Origin: Anaerolineae bacterium
GTDB lineage: Bacteria > Chloroflexota > Anaerolineae > UBA4142 > SHND01
Assembly (NCBI GenBank): GCA_038253185.1
Contig: JBBSHK010000001.1
Location: forward strand, 1-26,558
Length of the DNA: 26,558 nucleotides
Direction of reading: 5' to 3'
The position numbers and the translations under genes were made by a program. Below the pieces are notes generated by a model. That model had not been told where the DNA came from. It made no database searches and saw nothing but the letters and a program-made list of their open reading frames with translations. How positions within the stretch are numbered: position 1 is the stretch's first letter; each line of letters opens with the position of its first letter. Positions 15,573 to 24,569 of the stretch are shown piece after piece.

Positions 15573-17366
15573 ATGAACCTCCCCGACCATCTTCGTCATT
15601 TCACTGATCGTGACGAGCAACTCGCCGCCTTCGACGCGCTGTGGGACGACGCGCGTTGGGCGTTGACTTTTAGCGGCGTATCGGGCGCAGGCAAATCGCA
15701 TCTCATCGAGTACCTCATCGAGACGCGCTGCAAGCCGCGTGCTCTCAAGTTTGTCAAAGTGGATTTTGACGCGGGTCCCGAAATTGACGCGGTGCCGGTG
15801 GCGCTCGCTTCGCTCGTCTCCGGGGAGGGGCGCGCGGATTTTGAGCAAGCCGCCCAAAAAATTTATCAAGAACATCAGGCGGCGATGCTTGAATTGGCAA
15901 AGCAAACACCTCGGCAGGTTACACTTGAACAGCGCGCGGAGGGCGGCGGTCAGATTCAGGGCAGCCCCGCCACTATTGATGTTCAATATCTGGAACGCCG
16001 CCGTGATTTAACGATCACTTTGCGCGACCGCATAACGATTGCCGCGCTCGATGCAATACACGCGGAGGACACTCCCGCCGCTGTTTTGTTCCTCGACACT
16101 TACGAAAAATTCGCGGATAACAACGAAGAAAAATTCGTAGCGTGGCTCTGGAGTTTCTTGGCGCAAGCGACGGAAAAGATGCGTGGTCTGCGCGTCGTCG
16201 TTGCGGGACGCGAGCAACTGCCGTATGCGCCGATCAAGTCCAGTACGCGCGTCTCGCCGCTTTCCGATTTCGATCCCCCAATGTGCGACAGGTTTCTGGG
16301 TGCTTGGGGTATAGACGACGCAGCACTGCGGCACGCCGCGTTTCAAATTTGGCGTGGACATGCTTTGACGACGCGGATGTTTGCCGAAGCCTACGACGAT
16401 GCGCGGAAAGCAAGACGCCCCATCACGCTGGCTGAATTGAGAAGCGGCACGATGGGGCGCGCCGCGAACGAGTGGATTTACGATTTAATGTTGTCGCGTT
16501 TACCTGAACCGCAGCGAACTGCCGCGAACTATGGTCCACTCCTGCGCCATTTCAATCAAGGCGCGTTGATGAACGCGCTGGATCTCAAAATGGACGACGC
16601 AACCTTTCATCAGTTTGTTGGTCGCTCTTTTGTCAAGCGCGTTGGCGTCGGCGACTACAAATTCCATGAAACGGTCCGTCAAGTTCAACGTGCCACACTG
16701 TACGCTTCGGGCGATCCAAAAGTAATCGAGGTTCACCAGCGCGCCGCGCAATTCTATGATAACTCTGACGGAGAAGGCAGGCGTGACCGACTCTATCATC
16801 TGTCCATCGCCGAGTCCTCTTCGACATTGGAGATGTGGAAAGGAGCGTTAGGGCAAGCCGCGTTTGATTTCGAGCACGAATGGTGGAACGAACTGTTGGA
16901 AGCAATGGAGACGCCGAGCGCACAAAAAAATCTGACGATAGAGCAACGCGCGAATGTGTTGCTCTATCGTATGCAGTGGCATTACTACCATCTAGAAGAG
17001 TTGGATGAGGGTTTGAGGAAAGGCAAAATCGCGTTGGAATTATTCCGTGCAGTGGGTGATCGCTTGGGCGAAGCCAACACGCTGCGAGCGATAGGCGATG
17101 TGCAGCGATTCCGAAAAGAGAACGACGCCGCGCTGGAGAGTTATCGGCAAGCGTTGGAATTATTCCGTGCGGTGGGTGATCGCGTGGGTCCGACAAACAT
17201 CTACTGGCGGCTGGGACGAATGTTGGCGGACAATGGGAATGTGCAACAGGCGATTCCGTTGATCGAGCAAGCCGTCGCTTTTGTGGAAGAGATTCAACAT
17301 CCCATCGCGCCCGCGTGGCGCGGTTACTTGGAGGAATTAAAGGTACGGAGTTTGAATTCCGTATAA
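15573..17366 (+). CDS. STAND/NLR-like P-loop NTPase with C-terminal TPRs and no N-terminal effector domain
   Basis: FTDRDEQL pre-P-loop motif at residue 10; GVSGAGKS (Walker A); VLFLDTYE (Walker B); VVAGR; GHAL (GxP-like); FHE (MHD-like); 40-aa TPR repeats. Confidence 0.85.
   Translation: MNLPDHLRHFTDRDEQLAAFDALWDDARWALTFSGVSGAGKSHLIEYLIETRCKPRALKFVKVDFDAGPEIDAVPVALASLVSGEGRADFEQAAQKIYQEHQAAMLELAKQTPRQVTLEQRAEGGGQIQGSPATIDVQYLERRRDLTITLRDRITIAALDAIHAEDTPAAVLFLDTYEKFADNNEEKFVAWLWSFLAQATEKMRGLRVVVAGREQLPYAPIKSSTRVSPLSDFDPPMCDRFLGAWGIDDAALRHAAFQIWRGHALTTRMFAEAYDDARKARRPITLAELRSGTMGRAANEWIYDLMLSRLPEPQRTAANYGPLLRHFNQGALMNALDLKMDDATFHQFVGRSFVKRVGVGDYKFHETVRQVQRATLYASGDPKVIEVHQRAAQFYDNSDGEGRRDRLYHLSIAESSSTLEMWKGALGQAAFDFEHEWWNELLEAMETPSAQKNLTIEQRANVLLYRMQWHYYHLEELDEGLRKGKIALELFRAVGDRLGEANTLRAIGDVQRFRKENDAALESYRQALELFRAVGDRVGPTNIYWRLGRMLADNGNVQQAIPLIEQAVAFVEEIQHPIAPAWRGYLEELKVRSLNSV
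17031..17188 (+). repeat. Direct repeat of 38 nt at 120-nt spacing in the TPR region
   Basis: GCGTTGGAATTATTCCGTGC(A/G)GTGGGTGATCGC(T/G)TGGG at 17031 and 17151, 36/38 identical. Confidence 0.9.
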
Positions 17367-17411
17367 AAATTCCAGAGCCATCTGGTACGACCCCGAAAGT
17401 GAAACGCGACT

Positions 17412-19070
17412 CTACGCGCGTCGCCGGACGAAGCGGAAAAAGACGACGAGCAAAATGATCGCGGCGACGAGCGCGACGAGAAGCAAGCCGACAGGACCCG
17501 CGAGCGATTTGTACAAATCCGACACATTGTTTACTTCGGGCTGGCGCTGCGATTCAGGAATCTGCGGCGGCGGCACCACACTAACGGGTCCATTCGGTCG
17601 CAGCGCCAGCTGCGCGCCCTCTTTGTAAATGCGCCAGATGTTGCCGGTGAGCGGCACGAGTTTCAGTCCCTCGGGTCCAATCGTCGACGCGCCCCAGTCA
17701 ACGACATATAGACTCTGATCCGGCGCGAACACCACATCCGACGGTCGGTCAAAGCCTCCGGCGCGATTGATGTAATCGGGACCGGGCAATTTGTTCGCGG
17801 CGAAGGTATCAACCTTGCCCGTCTTTATATCCACGCGCAAAATATTAAAGCCCTCGGGGATAATGTTAATACCGGTTGTAACCGGCAGAAATGATCCATA
17901 GCCCGCGACCAAGGCATCGCCGTCGAAACCAAAATTGCCGCCGGGCGAAAAGGCAAAGCCATTCGTGCCGGTGTGAGACTTGAAAGTCGCAAAAGCTTTC
18001 GTGAGCGGTGGATGATCTTTCCACAAAAATTGCGGCTGCTCTTTGGTCGGCTCTTTGAAACGACCGTCGGTCACCGGCGCGCCGTCAAAAAATTCGGGCC
18101 AGCCGTACCACGCATCCTGTTTGATCGGCGCGAAATAATCGGGGTCGTTGAAAATGTTGCGGCTGCCGCGGACGTCCGCGCCGTGCCACGTCGCCCAGAG
18201 CTGTCCGCTTTTATCAAAGTGCACGCCGAACGGATTGCGCAAGCCCCACGCGTACGTTTCAAAACCGGAACCGTCGGGATTGAAACGCGCGATCGAGCCG
18301 CCGCATTTCGGATCGCCTTTGATCACCTCACCCGGTTGACTCGGCGTGCCGAATGGTTTGTAGGCGCCGGTCTTTACTTTTTCGTTCGACCCCTGCTTGA
18401 CGACATTTTCCGTTTCAAAATTTTGTCCGACCAGAAGAATATCTTTGCACGGAATTTCGTGCAGCTCGGGATGTTTATCCAGCCAACCAAAGATGTGACT
18501 GTCGACGCCGACGACGCCCGAGTTCGTGACCGTGCCCTGTCCCATATAAATTTTTCCGTCGGGTCCGAGCGCGAGTTGATTGTTTTCGTGATCGCCGTCC
18601 GAGGGCAGTCCGGTCACAATATCTTTCAAAGTTTTATCCGTCTGAACGATAGAGACCTTGCCCTTGTGTGAGACATAGAGTTGACCGTTCACCATCGACA
18701 AGCCGTTCACCGGACCTTCGAGTCCCGCGCTCGCGACTTCGCTCACGCTCCAGTCCGGCTTGATGCGGAGGACGCGCGGCGGCGCGGTGTTGGCGAAACC
18801 GGATTCCGCGACGAGCAAATCGCTGCCGTCAAAGATTGCGGTGGTCGGAATGCTCAAGTTTGCGACGACCGCTTCGATCTTGTAGCCCGGTTGCAAATTG
18901 ATTGCGTCGACGTTAAAGTTGCGCGCCTGTTTTTCTTGCGCGAATGAAGTGGGAGTGGCGACGATGAGCAGTGTGAGTGTCGCGAGCGCGAGGAGTACGA
19001 GCCGCGCGCCGCGGAACAACATTCTCCAGAGCCATTGCCTTGACCAATACGCCCGTGTTCTAATTTTCAA
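17412..19070 (-). CDS. PQQ-dependent sugar (glucose/sorbosone) dehydrogenase-family beta-propeller, exported, with C-terminal TM anchor
   Basis: Signal peptide ending SFA; GLPSDGDHENNQLALGPDGKIYMGQG, AWGLRNPFG, YGWP, RPSDVVFAPD; hydrophobic tail then RFVRRRA. Start codon uncertain. Confidence 0.8.
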   Translation of the reverse strand: MKIRTRAYWSRQWLWRMLFRGARLVLLALATLTLLIVATPTSFAQEKQARNFNVDAINLQPGYKIEAVVANLSIPTTAIFDGSDLLVAESGFANTAPPRVLRIKPDWSVSEVASAGLEGPVNGLSMVNGQLYVSHKGKVSIVQTDKTLKDIVTGLPSDGDHENNQLALGPDGKIYMGQGTVTNSGVVGVDSHIFGWLDKHPELHEIPCKDILLVGQNFETENVVKQGSNEKVKTGAYKPFGTPSQPGEVIKGDPKCGGSIARFNPDGSGFETYAWGLRNPFGVHFDKSGQLWATWHGADVRGSRNIFNDPDYFAPIKQDAWYGWPEFFDGAPVTDGRFKEPTKEQPQFLWKDHPPLTKAFATFKSHTGTNGFAFSPGGNFGFDGDALVAGYGSFLPVTTGINIIPEGFNILRVDIKTGKVDTFAANKLPGPDYINRAGGFDRPSDVVFAPDQSLYVVDWGASTIGPEGLKLVPLTGNIWRIYKEGAQLALRPNGPVSVVPPPQIPESQRQPEVNNVSDLYKSLAGPVGLLLVALVAAIILLVVFFRFVRRRA

Positions 19071-19276
19071 TTCTCCCCTCTATTTTCGATTCTTACCTAA
19101 ATAAACGACAAAAACTTTGGATAGGCTACGATTTTTCCAAGCGATTGCCTACTACGCCTCCCCAAACACCGATCAAGCGCGAGCCCAGACAGATTTTTGT
19201 TCACGCCGCCAAGAGCAGAGGCTCAAGCATCAGTTTGGCGAGGCGTTGCAAATCCGCGCTGACCGACGCGCGCGTG

Positions 19277-19305
19277 TTGCTTGTTTAATTTGAGTATTGT
19301 ATAAT
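19277..19305 (+). promoter_or_regulatory. sigma70 promoter for the 19352-24443 gene run
   Basis: TTGCTT (19277-19282) - 17 nt - TATAAT (19300-19305). Confidence 0.65.
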
Positions 19306-19351
19306 CGCGCGCGAGTCGAGATCTTGTGCTGTCGAAAAGGAAAAAGAAAGA

Positions 19352-19675
19352 ATGGCTGATGAAATGGGTCAAGCGCCTACTCCAAACCTAACCGGAACAA
19401 CCGAACCTGCCCTGCTGCCTGCCGAACCCAAAATGCTGCCCGCGCCGAGGACGGGACTTGCGCGCGTCCGCGCGGGCTTGCACGGTCCGGTCTTGATCGG
19501 CGTTGTCGCCGCGCTCATCGCCATCGGACTCTCACTCTACGGCATGCTGACCAATCCGAATGCCACGCCACTCACATTGCGCTCCTTCCTTCTCGTCGTG
19601 CTCATCGCGGGCGGCTCGTGGGGTCTCATCGCCTGGGCAATCGCGATGGCGGCGGTGGAAGCGGGGAAAGACTAA
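19352..19675 (+). CDS. Small two-TM hypothetical membrane protein
   Basis: Pro-rich N-terminus, two hydrophobic helices, purine-rich SD region. Confidence 0.7.
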   Translation: MADEMGQAPTPNLTGTTEPALLPAEPKMLPAPRTGLARVRAGLHGPVLIGVVAALIAIGLSLYGMLTNPNATPLTLRSFLLVVLIAGGSWGLIAWAIAMAAVEAGKD

Positions 19676-19678
19676 ATC

Positions 19679-19754
19679 AATTGCGAATTGCGGATTGCGG
19701 AATGCGAATCCATAAATCTCCCAATCCGCAATCTGCGATCCGCAATCCGAAATC
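19679..19754. repeat. ATTGCGG/CAATCCG heptamer palindromic element
   Basis: AATTGCG AATTGCG GATTGCG GAATGCG ... CAATCCG CAATCTG CGATCCG CAATCCG. Confidence 0.8.
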
Positions 19755-19756
19755 GT

Positions 19757-22261
19757 ATGAAAGCTATCGTCATGGCGGGCGGCGAGGGGTCTCGTCTCCG
19801 ACCGCTTACAATCAATCGCCCCAAACCAATAGTGCCGCTGGTCAATCGTCCGGTGATGGGACACATTGTCGAATTATTAAAGCGACACCAGCTCACCGAC
19901 ATCGTGGCCACACTGCAATATCGCGCAGAAGATATTCAGAATTATTTCGGTGACGGCTCCAGCTTTGGCGCCAATATGAATTATTCGATCGAGCAGCATC
20001 CGCTCGGCACCGCCGGCTCGGTCAAGTACGCCGAAAAATTCCTCGGGCGCGACGAACCCTTTCTCATCATCAGCGGCGACGCGCTCACCGATATTAATCT
20101 CACCGAAATTATTGAATTCCACAAACGCGTCGGCGCGGCGGTCACGATCACGCTCTATCGCGTGCCCAATCCGCTCGAGTACGGCGTCATCATCGCGGAC
20201 GAACGCGGACGGATCGAGCGCTTTCTCGAAAAACCGTCGTGGGGCGAAGTCATATCCGATACGGTGAACACCGGCATCTATGTGATCTCGCCTGAGGTCC
20301 TCGATGAAATTGATCCTGAGCAGCCGTTCGACTTTAGCAAAGATTTATTTCCATTGCTGATGGCAAAAGGCGCGCCGCTCTACGGCTTTGTCGCGAATGG
20401 CTACTGGACCGACGTTGGCAACTTGGCGGAATATCATCGCGCCGCCGGCGATTTATTGAACCGCAAAGTGGACGTCGGCGAGATCGGCGACGACCTCGGC
20501 AATACTATTTACGCGGAAGAGGATGTCGAGATCGCCGAGGACGCGCAATTGTACGGTCCCGTTTTTCTCGGGCGCGGCGCGCGCGTCAAGAGCGGCGCGG
20601 TGATTCACGGACCCGCGTCGGTGGGTCGTTTCAGCATCGTCGATAATCGCGCGCACATTGATCGCAGCATCATCTGGCAAAATGTTTATCTCGGCGAAGG
20701 GGTCGAACTGCGCGGCGCGATTATTGCCTCGCGCTGCAGCTTGAATACGCGCGCGGTGGTGTTTGAAGGCGCGGTGATCGGCGACGAATGCAACATCGGC
20801 GAAGGCGCGGTCATTCATCCCAACGTAAAAATTTGGCCCCAAAAACAAATTGAGGTTGGCGCGACGCTGCGCTCGTCGCTTATCTGGGGCTCGCAAGCGC
20901 GCCGCACCCTCTTTGGTCGCTACGGCATCACCGGCTTGGTGAATGTGGACCTCACGCCTGAATTCGCGGCGCGGCTCGGCGCGGCAGTCGGCGCGACACT
21001 GCCCAAAGGCGCGACCGTGATTATGAATCGCGATCCGCACCGCAGCCCGCGTATGGTCAAGCGCGCGATGATCGCGGGTCTGCCTTCCGCGGGCATCAAC
21101 GTGGTGGACATCAAGACCGCGCCGATTCCGGTGGCGCGCTATTACACCCGCGCGATGAAAGCGGTCGGCGGAATTCACGTGCGCCTCTCCCCTTACGACC
21201 CGCGCACGGTGGACATTCGCATCTTTGCGTCCGATGGACAGAACCTGAGCAAGGCGAAAGAACGCGCAATCGAAAATATTTTTTTCCGCGAAGATTTTCG
21301 CCGCGTGTATCTCGACGAGATCGGCAGGATCGAAGACAATCCGTTTGCCGCCGGCAAACGCTACAGCGATGACTTTGAGAAAAAGGTCAACCTCGACGCG
21401 ATCAGCAACGCCAAATTCAACATCGTGGTCGATTATGCCAACGCGCCGAGCGCGCAGGTGCTGCCCCAATTGCTCGATACGCTTGGCGTCACGGTGGTCG
21501 CGCTGAACGAACGGATCGACGAAGACAAGATGTCGTTGGGACAAGAGGAGTTTCAACGCGCGCTCGACCGGCTCGCCGCGATCACTTCTGCCGTGAGCGC
21601 GAGCCTGGGCGCGCGCGTGGACGTGGGGGGCGAACGCATCTGGCTGGTCGATCAGACCGGACAGAAAATTGCGGGACCGAGCGCGGCGGCAGCGTTTGTA
21701 GAATTGTTACTGCGCGCTAATGGCGGCGGCGCGATCGCGGTGCCGGTGAATCAGCCGGATATTTTTGAAACCATCGCGCAGCGGCACGGCGCGCGTGTGT
21801 TGCGCGTGAAAAATGATCCGCAAGCTTTGATGGAAGCCGCCACCGATCCGGACGTCAAGTTGGCGGTGAGTGGCGCGGGTGATTTTATCTTGCCCGACTT
21901 TCAACCGGCGGTCGATGGCATGATGGCTCTGGCGAAATTGCTGGAGCTGTTGGCTCAGCACCAAACGACCCTGACCGAAGTTGTCTCAAGTCTGCCTGCC
22001 TATAACATAGCGCAGCGCCGTGTGTATTGCGCGTGGGAGCAAAAGGGCACTGTGATGCGGATGTTGAATGAGCAGTACAAGGACAATATCGTCAGCAACA
22101 TCGACGGTGTGAAGCTTAGTCTCGACAGTCGCGGCTGGGTGCTGATCTCGCCGAACCCCGATGAGCCAGTGTTTCACGTCTATGCCGAAGCGGCGACACG
22201 CGAAGCCGCCAATACGATTGCCGATCGTTACGCGCGCATTGTGGAAGGGCTTAGAGGTTAG
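19757..22261 (+). CDS. Mannose-1-phosphate guanylyltransferase-like NTP transferase + left-handed beta-helix + phosphomannomutase-like fusion
   Basis: Start moved to [18 protein letters not shown]...PKP; [26 protein letters not shown]; hexapeptide repeats; LFGRYGITG; degenerate PMM motifs. Confidence 0.9.
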   Translation: MKAIVMAGGEGSRLRPLTINRPKPIVPLVNRPVMGHIVELLKRHQLTDIVATLQYRAEDIQNYFGDGSSFGANMNYSIEQHPLGTAGSVKYAEKFLGRDEPFLIISGDALTDINLTEIIEFHKRVGAAVTITLYRVPNPLEYGVIIADERGRIERFLEKPSWGEVISDTVNTGIYVISPEVLDEIDPEQPFDFSKDLFPLLMAKGAPLYGFVANGYWTDVGNLAEYHRAAGDLLNRKVDVGEIGDDLGNTIYAEEDVEIAEDAQLYGPVFLGRGARVKSGAVIHGPASVGRFSIVDNRAHIDRSIIWQNVYLGEGVELRGAIIASRCSLNTRAVVFEGAVIGDECNIGEGAVIHPNVKIWPQKQIEVGATLRSSLIWGSQARRTLFGRYGITGLVNVDLTPEFAARLGAAVGATLPKGATVIMNRDPHRSPRMVKRAMIAGLPSAGINVVDIKTAPIPVARYYTRAMKAVGGIHVRLSPYDPRTVDIRIFASDGQNLSKAKERAIENIFFREDFRRVYLDEIGRIEDNPFAAGKRYSDDFEKKVNLDAISNAKFNIVVDYANAPSAQVLPQLLDTLGVTVVALNERIDEDKMSLGQEEFQRALDRLAAITSAVSASLGARVDVGGERIWLVDQTGQKIAGPSAAAAFVELLLRANGGGAIAVPVNQPDIFETIAQRHGARVLRVKNDPQALMEAATDPDVKLAVSGAGDFILPDFQPAVDGMMALAKLLELLAQHQTTLTEVVSSLPAYNIAQRRVYCAWEQKGTVMRMLNEQYKDNIVSNIDGVKLSLDSRGWVLISPNPDEPVFHVYAEAATREAANTIADRYARIVEGLRG

Positions 22262-22321
22262 AAGTTTGAAGTTAGACGTTAGAGATAGGATGTCTTCCAA
22301 CTCCAACCTCCCATTTCCAAT
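22253..22321. repeat. AGAAGTT heptamer palindromic element
   Basis: AGAGGTT AGAAGTT TGAAGTT AGACGTT AGAGATA ... CTTCCAA CTCCAAC CTCCCAT TTCCAAT; includes the upstream TAG stop. Confidence 0.7.
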
Positions 22322-22326
22322 TTTGA

Positions 22327-23280
22327 ATGACTGTTGATCTAGTTGACCTTGCCAATGCGCTGCGTTGGGTCTTGATTGGGGCGGCGGTAGGCTGGATTAT
22401 TTATGCGTGGGTGCGGCGGATTGAATATCGTCGCGCGGTGCTGGTGCTGGTTGCTTTTATTATTTTCGATTTGCTCGCACACCTCTTTGCCACCTGGGCG
22501 GAGCAACCCGGCTCTAACCTCCCGACAGACTTTCCCATCTTCACAGTCGCCATTCTGCTCGCCGCGGCAAGTGGACTCGCGATCGCGTTTTTCTACGCGC
22601 GGCGCATAGGTCTTGCTCCAGCCAACATGCTGGATGCTGCGCTGCTCGCGCTCATCGCCGGTGGCGTCGGCGCGCGCGCGTATCACGTCGCGCTGCAGTG
22701 GGATTACTATTCGCAAAATACGGATGACATTACGAATTTCGCGCAGGGTGGAATGGGCTTGCGCGGCGGGCTGATGCTTGGCGTAATCGCGGTGTTGATG
22801 GTGGCGCTGATGCGTTGCGTCTCGATTTCAAAATTGCTGGATGCGGGCGCGTTGGGTCTCGCCCTCGCGCAAAGTCTCGGCTGGTACGGCGCGCATCTCG
22901 TTGGTGTATATAACGGGGTGGAGAGCGACGCCTCGTTCGCGCAGGACTTGCCGGATGCGTATGGCATTCTCGCGCCGCGCCTGCCACTGCAATTGATCGC
23001 GAGCATTTTCTTTTTTGTTTTGTTCCTCGCGCTCGCGCGGATGGCGTGGCGACGTGAGGTGAGAATGGGTTCGCTCTTCGCAACGTATTTATTTGTTTCA
23101 GCCGCGGGCATGTTCGTCTTGGGATTTTTTCGCGCGGATGAAACGCTGCATTGGGGCGCGCTGCGCGTCGATCAACTCTTCGACATGACGTTCTTCCTGA
23201 TCGGACTTGGACTGATTGTCGCACCCAGAATTCATTTGCCCGCGCGTGGTGTGACGCGCACGGCGATGGAGCGATCGTGA
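22327..23280 (+). CDS. Lgt-like membrane protein with degenerate catalytic motifs
   Basis: GGVGARAYHV, QGGMGLRGG, LDAGALGLALAQSLG, LQL, FFRAD follow the Lgt layout; extra N-terminal TM helices. Confidence 0.75.
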   Translation: MTVDLVDLANALRWVLIGAAVGWIIYAWVRRIEYRRAVLVLVAFIIFDLLAHLFATWAEQPGSNLPTDFPIFTVAILLAAASGLAIAFFYARRIGLAPANMLDAALLALIAGGVGARAYHVALQWDYYSQNTDDITNFAQGGMGLRGGLMLGVIAVLMVALMRCVSISKLLDAGALGLALAQSLGWYGAHLVGVYNGVESDASFAQDLPDAYGILAPRLPLQLIASIFFFVLFLALARMAWRREVRMGSLFATYLFVSAAGMFVLGFFRADETLHWGALRVDQLFDMTFFLIGLGLIVAPRIHLPARGVTRTAMERS

Positions 23281-24443
23281 AACGCGCCGAGCCGATTCTC
23301 GTCGAGACGCCAGAAGCTTTTCAGCAAATGGTCGCGCGCCTTTCCGCCGAGCCGCTCGTCGCGGTGGACAGCGAATCGGACAGTCTCTACTCGTACTTTG
23401 AAAAGGTTTGCCTCGTCCAATTTTCGATTCAGGGAGCGGACTATGTGTTGGACACACTGGCGGTCAAAGAGGTCCAGCCATTGGGTGAACTGTTTGCCGA
23501 CGCGCGGATCGAAAAAGTTTTTCACGCTGCCGAATACGACATTATGGCGATGAAGCGCGATTTTGCTTTCACCTTTGAAAATATTTTCGATACGATGGTG
23601 GGCGCGCGTATCCTCGGATGGAAGGAAGTGGGACTCGGCGCGATCCTGCAGACGCGCTTTCACGTGATCCTTGACAAGCGTTTTCAACGCGCTGACTGGG
23701 GACGCCGACCGCTCACGCCGGAACAGATCGCGTACGCGCGCGATGACACTCATCACTTGCTCGCGCTGCGCGAGATGCAAAAAGCGGAATTGGAAGCCTT
23801 AGGTCGTCTCGACGAAGCACGCGAAGAATTCGCGCGGCTGACGCGCATGGCGTGGGGTGAGCGTCTGTTCGATCCGAACCGTTATTGGACGATTGAAGGC
23901 GCGCGGGCGCTCGATCCCGTCGGGTTGGGCATTCTGCGCGAATTATTTCAATTCCGAGAAATGCAGGCGCGCAAGGAAGATCGTCCCCCGTTCAAGGTGA
24001 TCGCGAATCCGGCGCTGGTCCAGTTGGCGCAGGTGCGTCCCTCGACCGTCGAGGAACTCGCGCGCGTGTCGGGCGTGGGCGATTGGCTGCTGCGCCGTTA
24101 CGGACGCGGCATCTTGCAGGCGATTGAAAAAGGACGCGCGACCCCGCAGCGACATCCGCCGCGTCCGGCAGGAAAAAATTACCGGCGTCTGCCGGACAAT
24201 GCCACGCGCGATTGTTACGCGCGGCTGAAGGAATGGCGACGGGCGCGCGCGCTCGCGCGCGGCGTGGATCCCGACGTGATCGTTTCGAACGACATCTTGC
24301 TGGCGATCGCAGATCAACATCCGAAAACGCGCGAAGCGTTGATGCAGGTCAGCGGCTTGGGCGCATGGAAATTCCAAGAGTACGGCGATGAACTCTTCCG
24401 CGTGTTGAACGGTTCAACGGATGCAAAACGGATAAACGGATAA
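23277..24443 (+). CDS. rnd: Ribonuclease D family (3'-5' exonuclease + two HRDC domains)
   Basis: VAVDSES, KVFHAAEYDI, FDT, ADWGRRPLTPEQIAYARDD; HRDC repeats; start moved to GTG 23277 overlapping the upstream TGA. Confidence 0.88.
   Translation: MKRAEPILVETPEAFQQMVARLSAEPLVAVDSESDSLYSYFEKVCLVQFSIQGADYVLDTLAVKEVQPLGELFADARIEKVFHAAEYDIMAMKRDFAFTFENIFDTMVGARILGWKEVGLGAILQTRFHVILDKRFQRADWGRRPLTPEQIAYARDDTHHLLALREMQKAELEALGRLDEAREEFARLTRMAWGERLFDPNRYWTIEGARALDPVGLGILRELFQFREMQARKEDRPPFKVIANPALVQLAQVRPSTVEELARVSGVGDWLLRRYGRGILQAIEKGRATPQRHPPRPAGKNYRRLPDNATRDCYARLKEWRRARALARGVDPDVIVSNDILLAIADQHPKTREALMQVSGLGAWKFQEYGDELFRVLNGSTDAKRING
24408..24443 (+). repeat. AACGGAT quasi-periodic tract encoding the RNase D C-terminus
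   Basis: AACGG at 24408, 24416, 24426 and 24434; encodes NGSTDAKRING*. Confidence 0.55.
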
Positions 24444-24498
24444 AGGTCAGTGACGAACGATGGTTGACGGCAGCAAATTCGAAATGATTGAAGAAAAT

Positions 24499-24530
24499 AA
24501 AAAGAGACGATCAGATTCGTCTCTTTTTTT
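24499..24530. terminator. Bidirectional intrinsic terminator between rnd and dnaN
   Basis: AAAAAGAGACGA / TCGTCTCTTTTT stem with A and T runs on either side. Confidence 0.88.
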
Positions 24531-24569
24531 CTTTCGTCCTCGGTCGGCGGTTGTCCGCGTTGGTCGCTT

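Noticed and set aside
17031-17188. CRISPR-like direct repeats
   Set aside because: Only two copies, in frame within TPR coding sequence at 120-nt spacing.
17412-17520. Sortase LPXTG signal on the sugar dehydrogenase
   Set aside because: TM helix and basic tail are present but no LPXTG-like motif precedes them; treated as a plain C-terminal anchor.
19688-19756. ORF-track N-terminal extension of the NTP-transferase fusion
   Set aside because: It is a translation of the heptamer element; the family start MKAIVMAGG is at 19757.
23151-23276. ORF-track N-terminal extension of RNase D
   Set aside because: It overlaps the Lgt-like gene out of frame; GTG 23277 gives a coupled start and a family-typical length.
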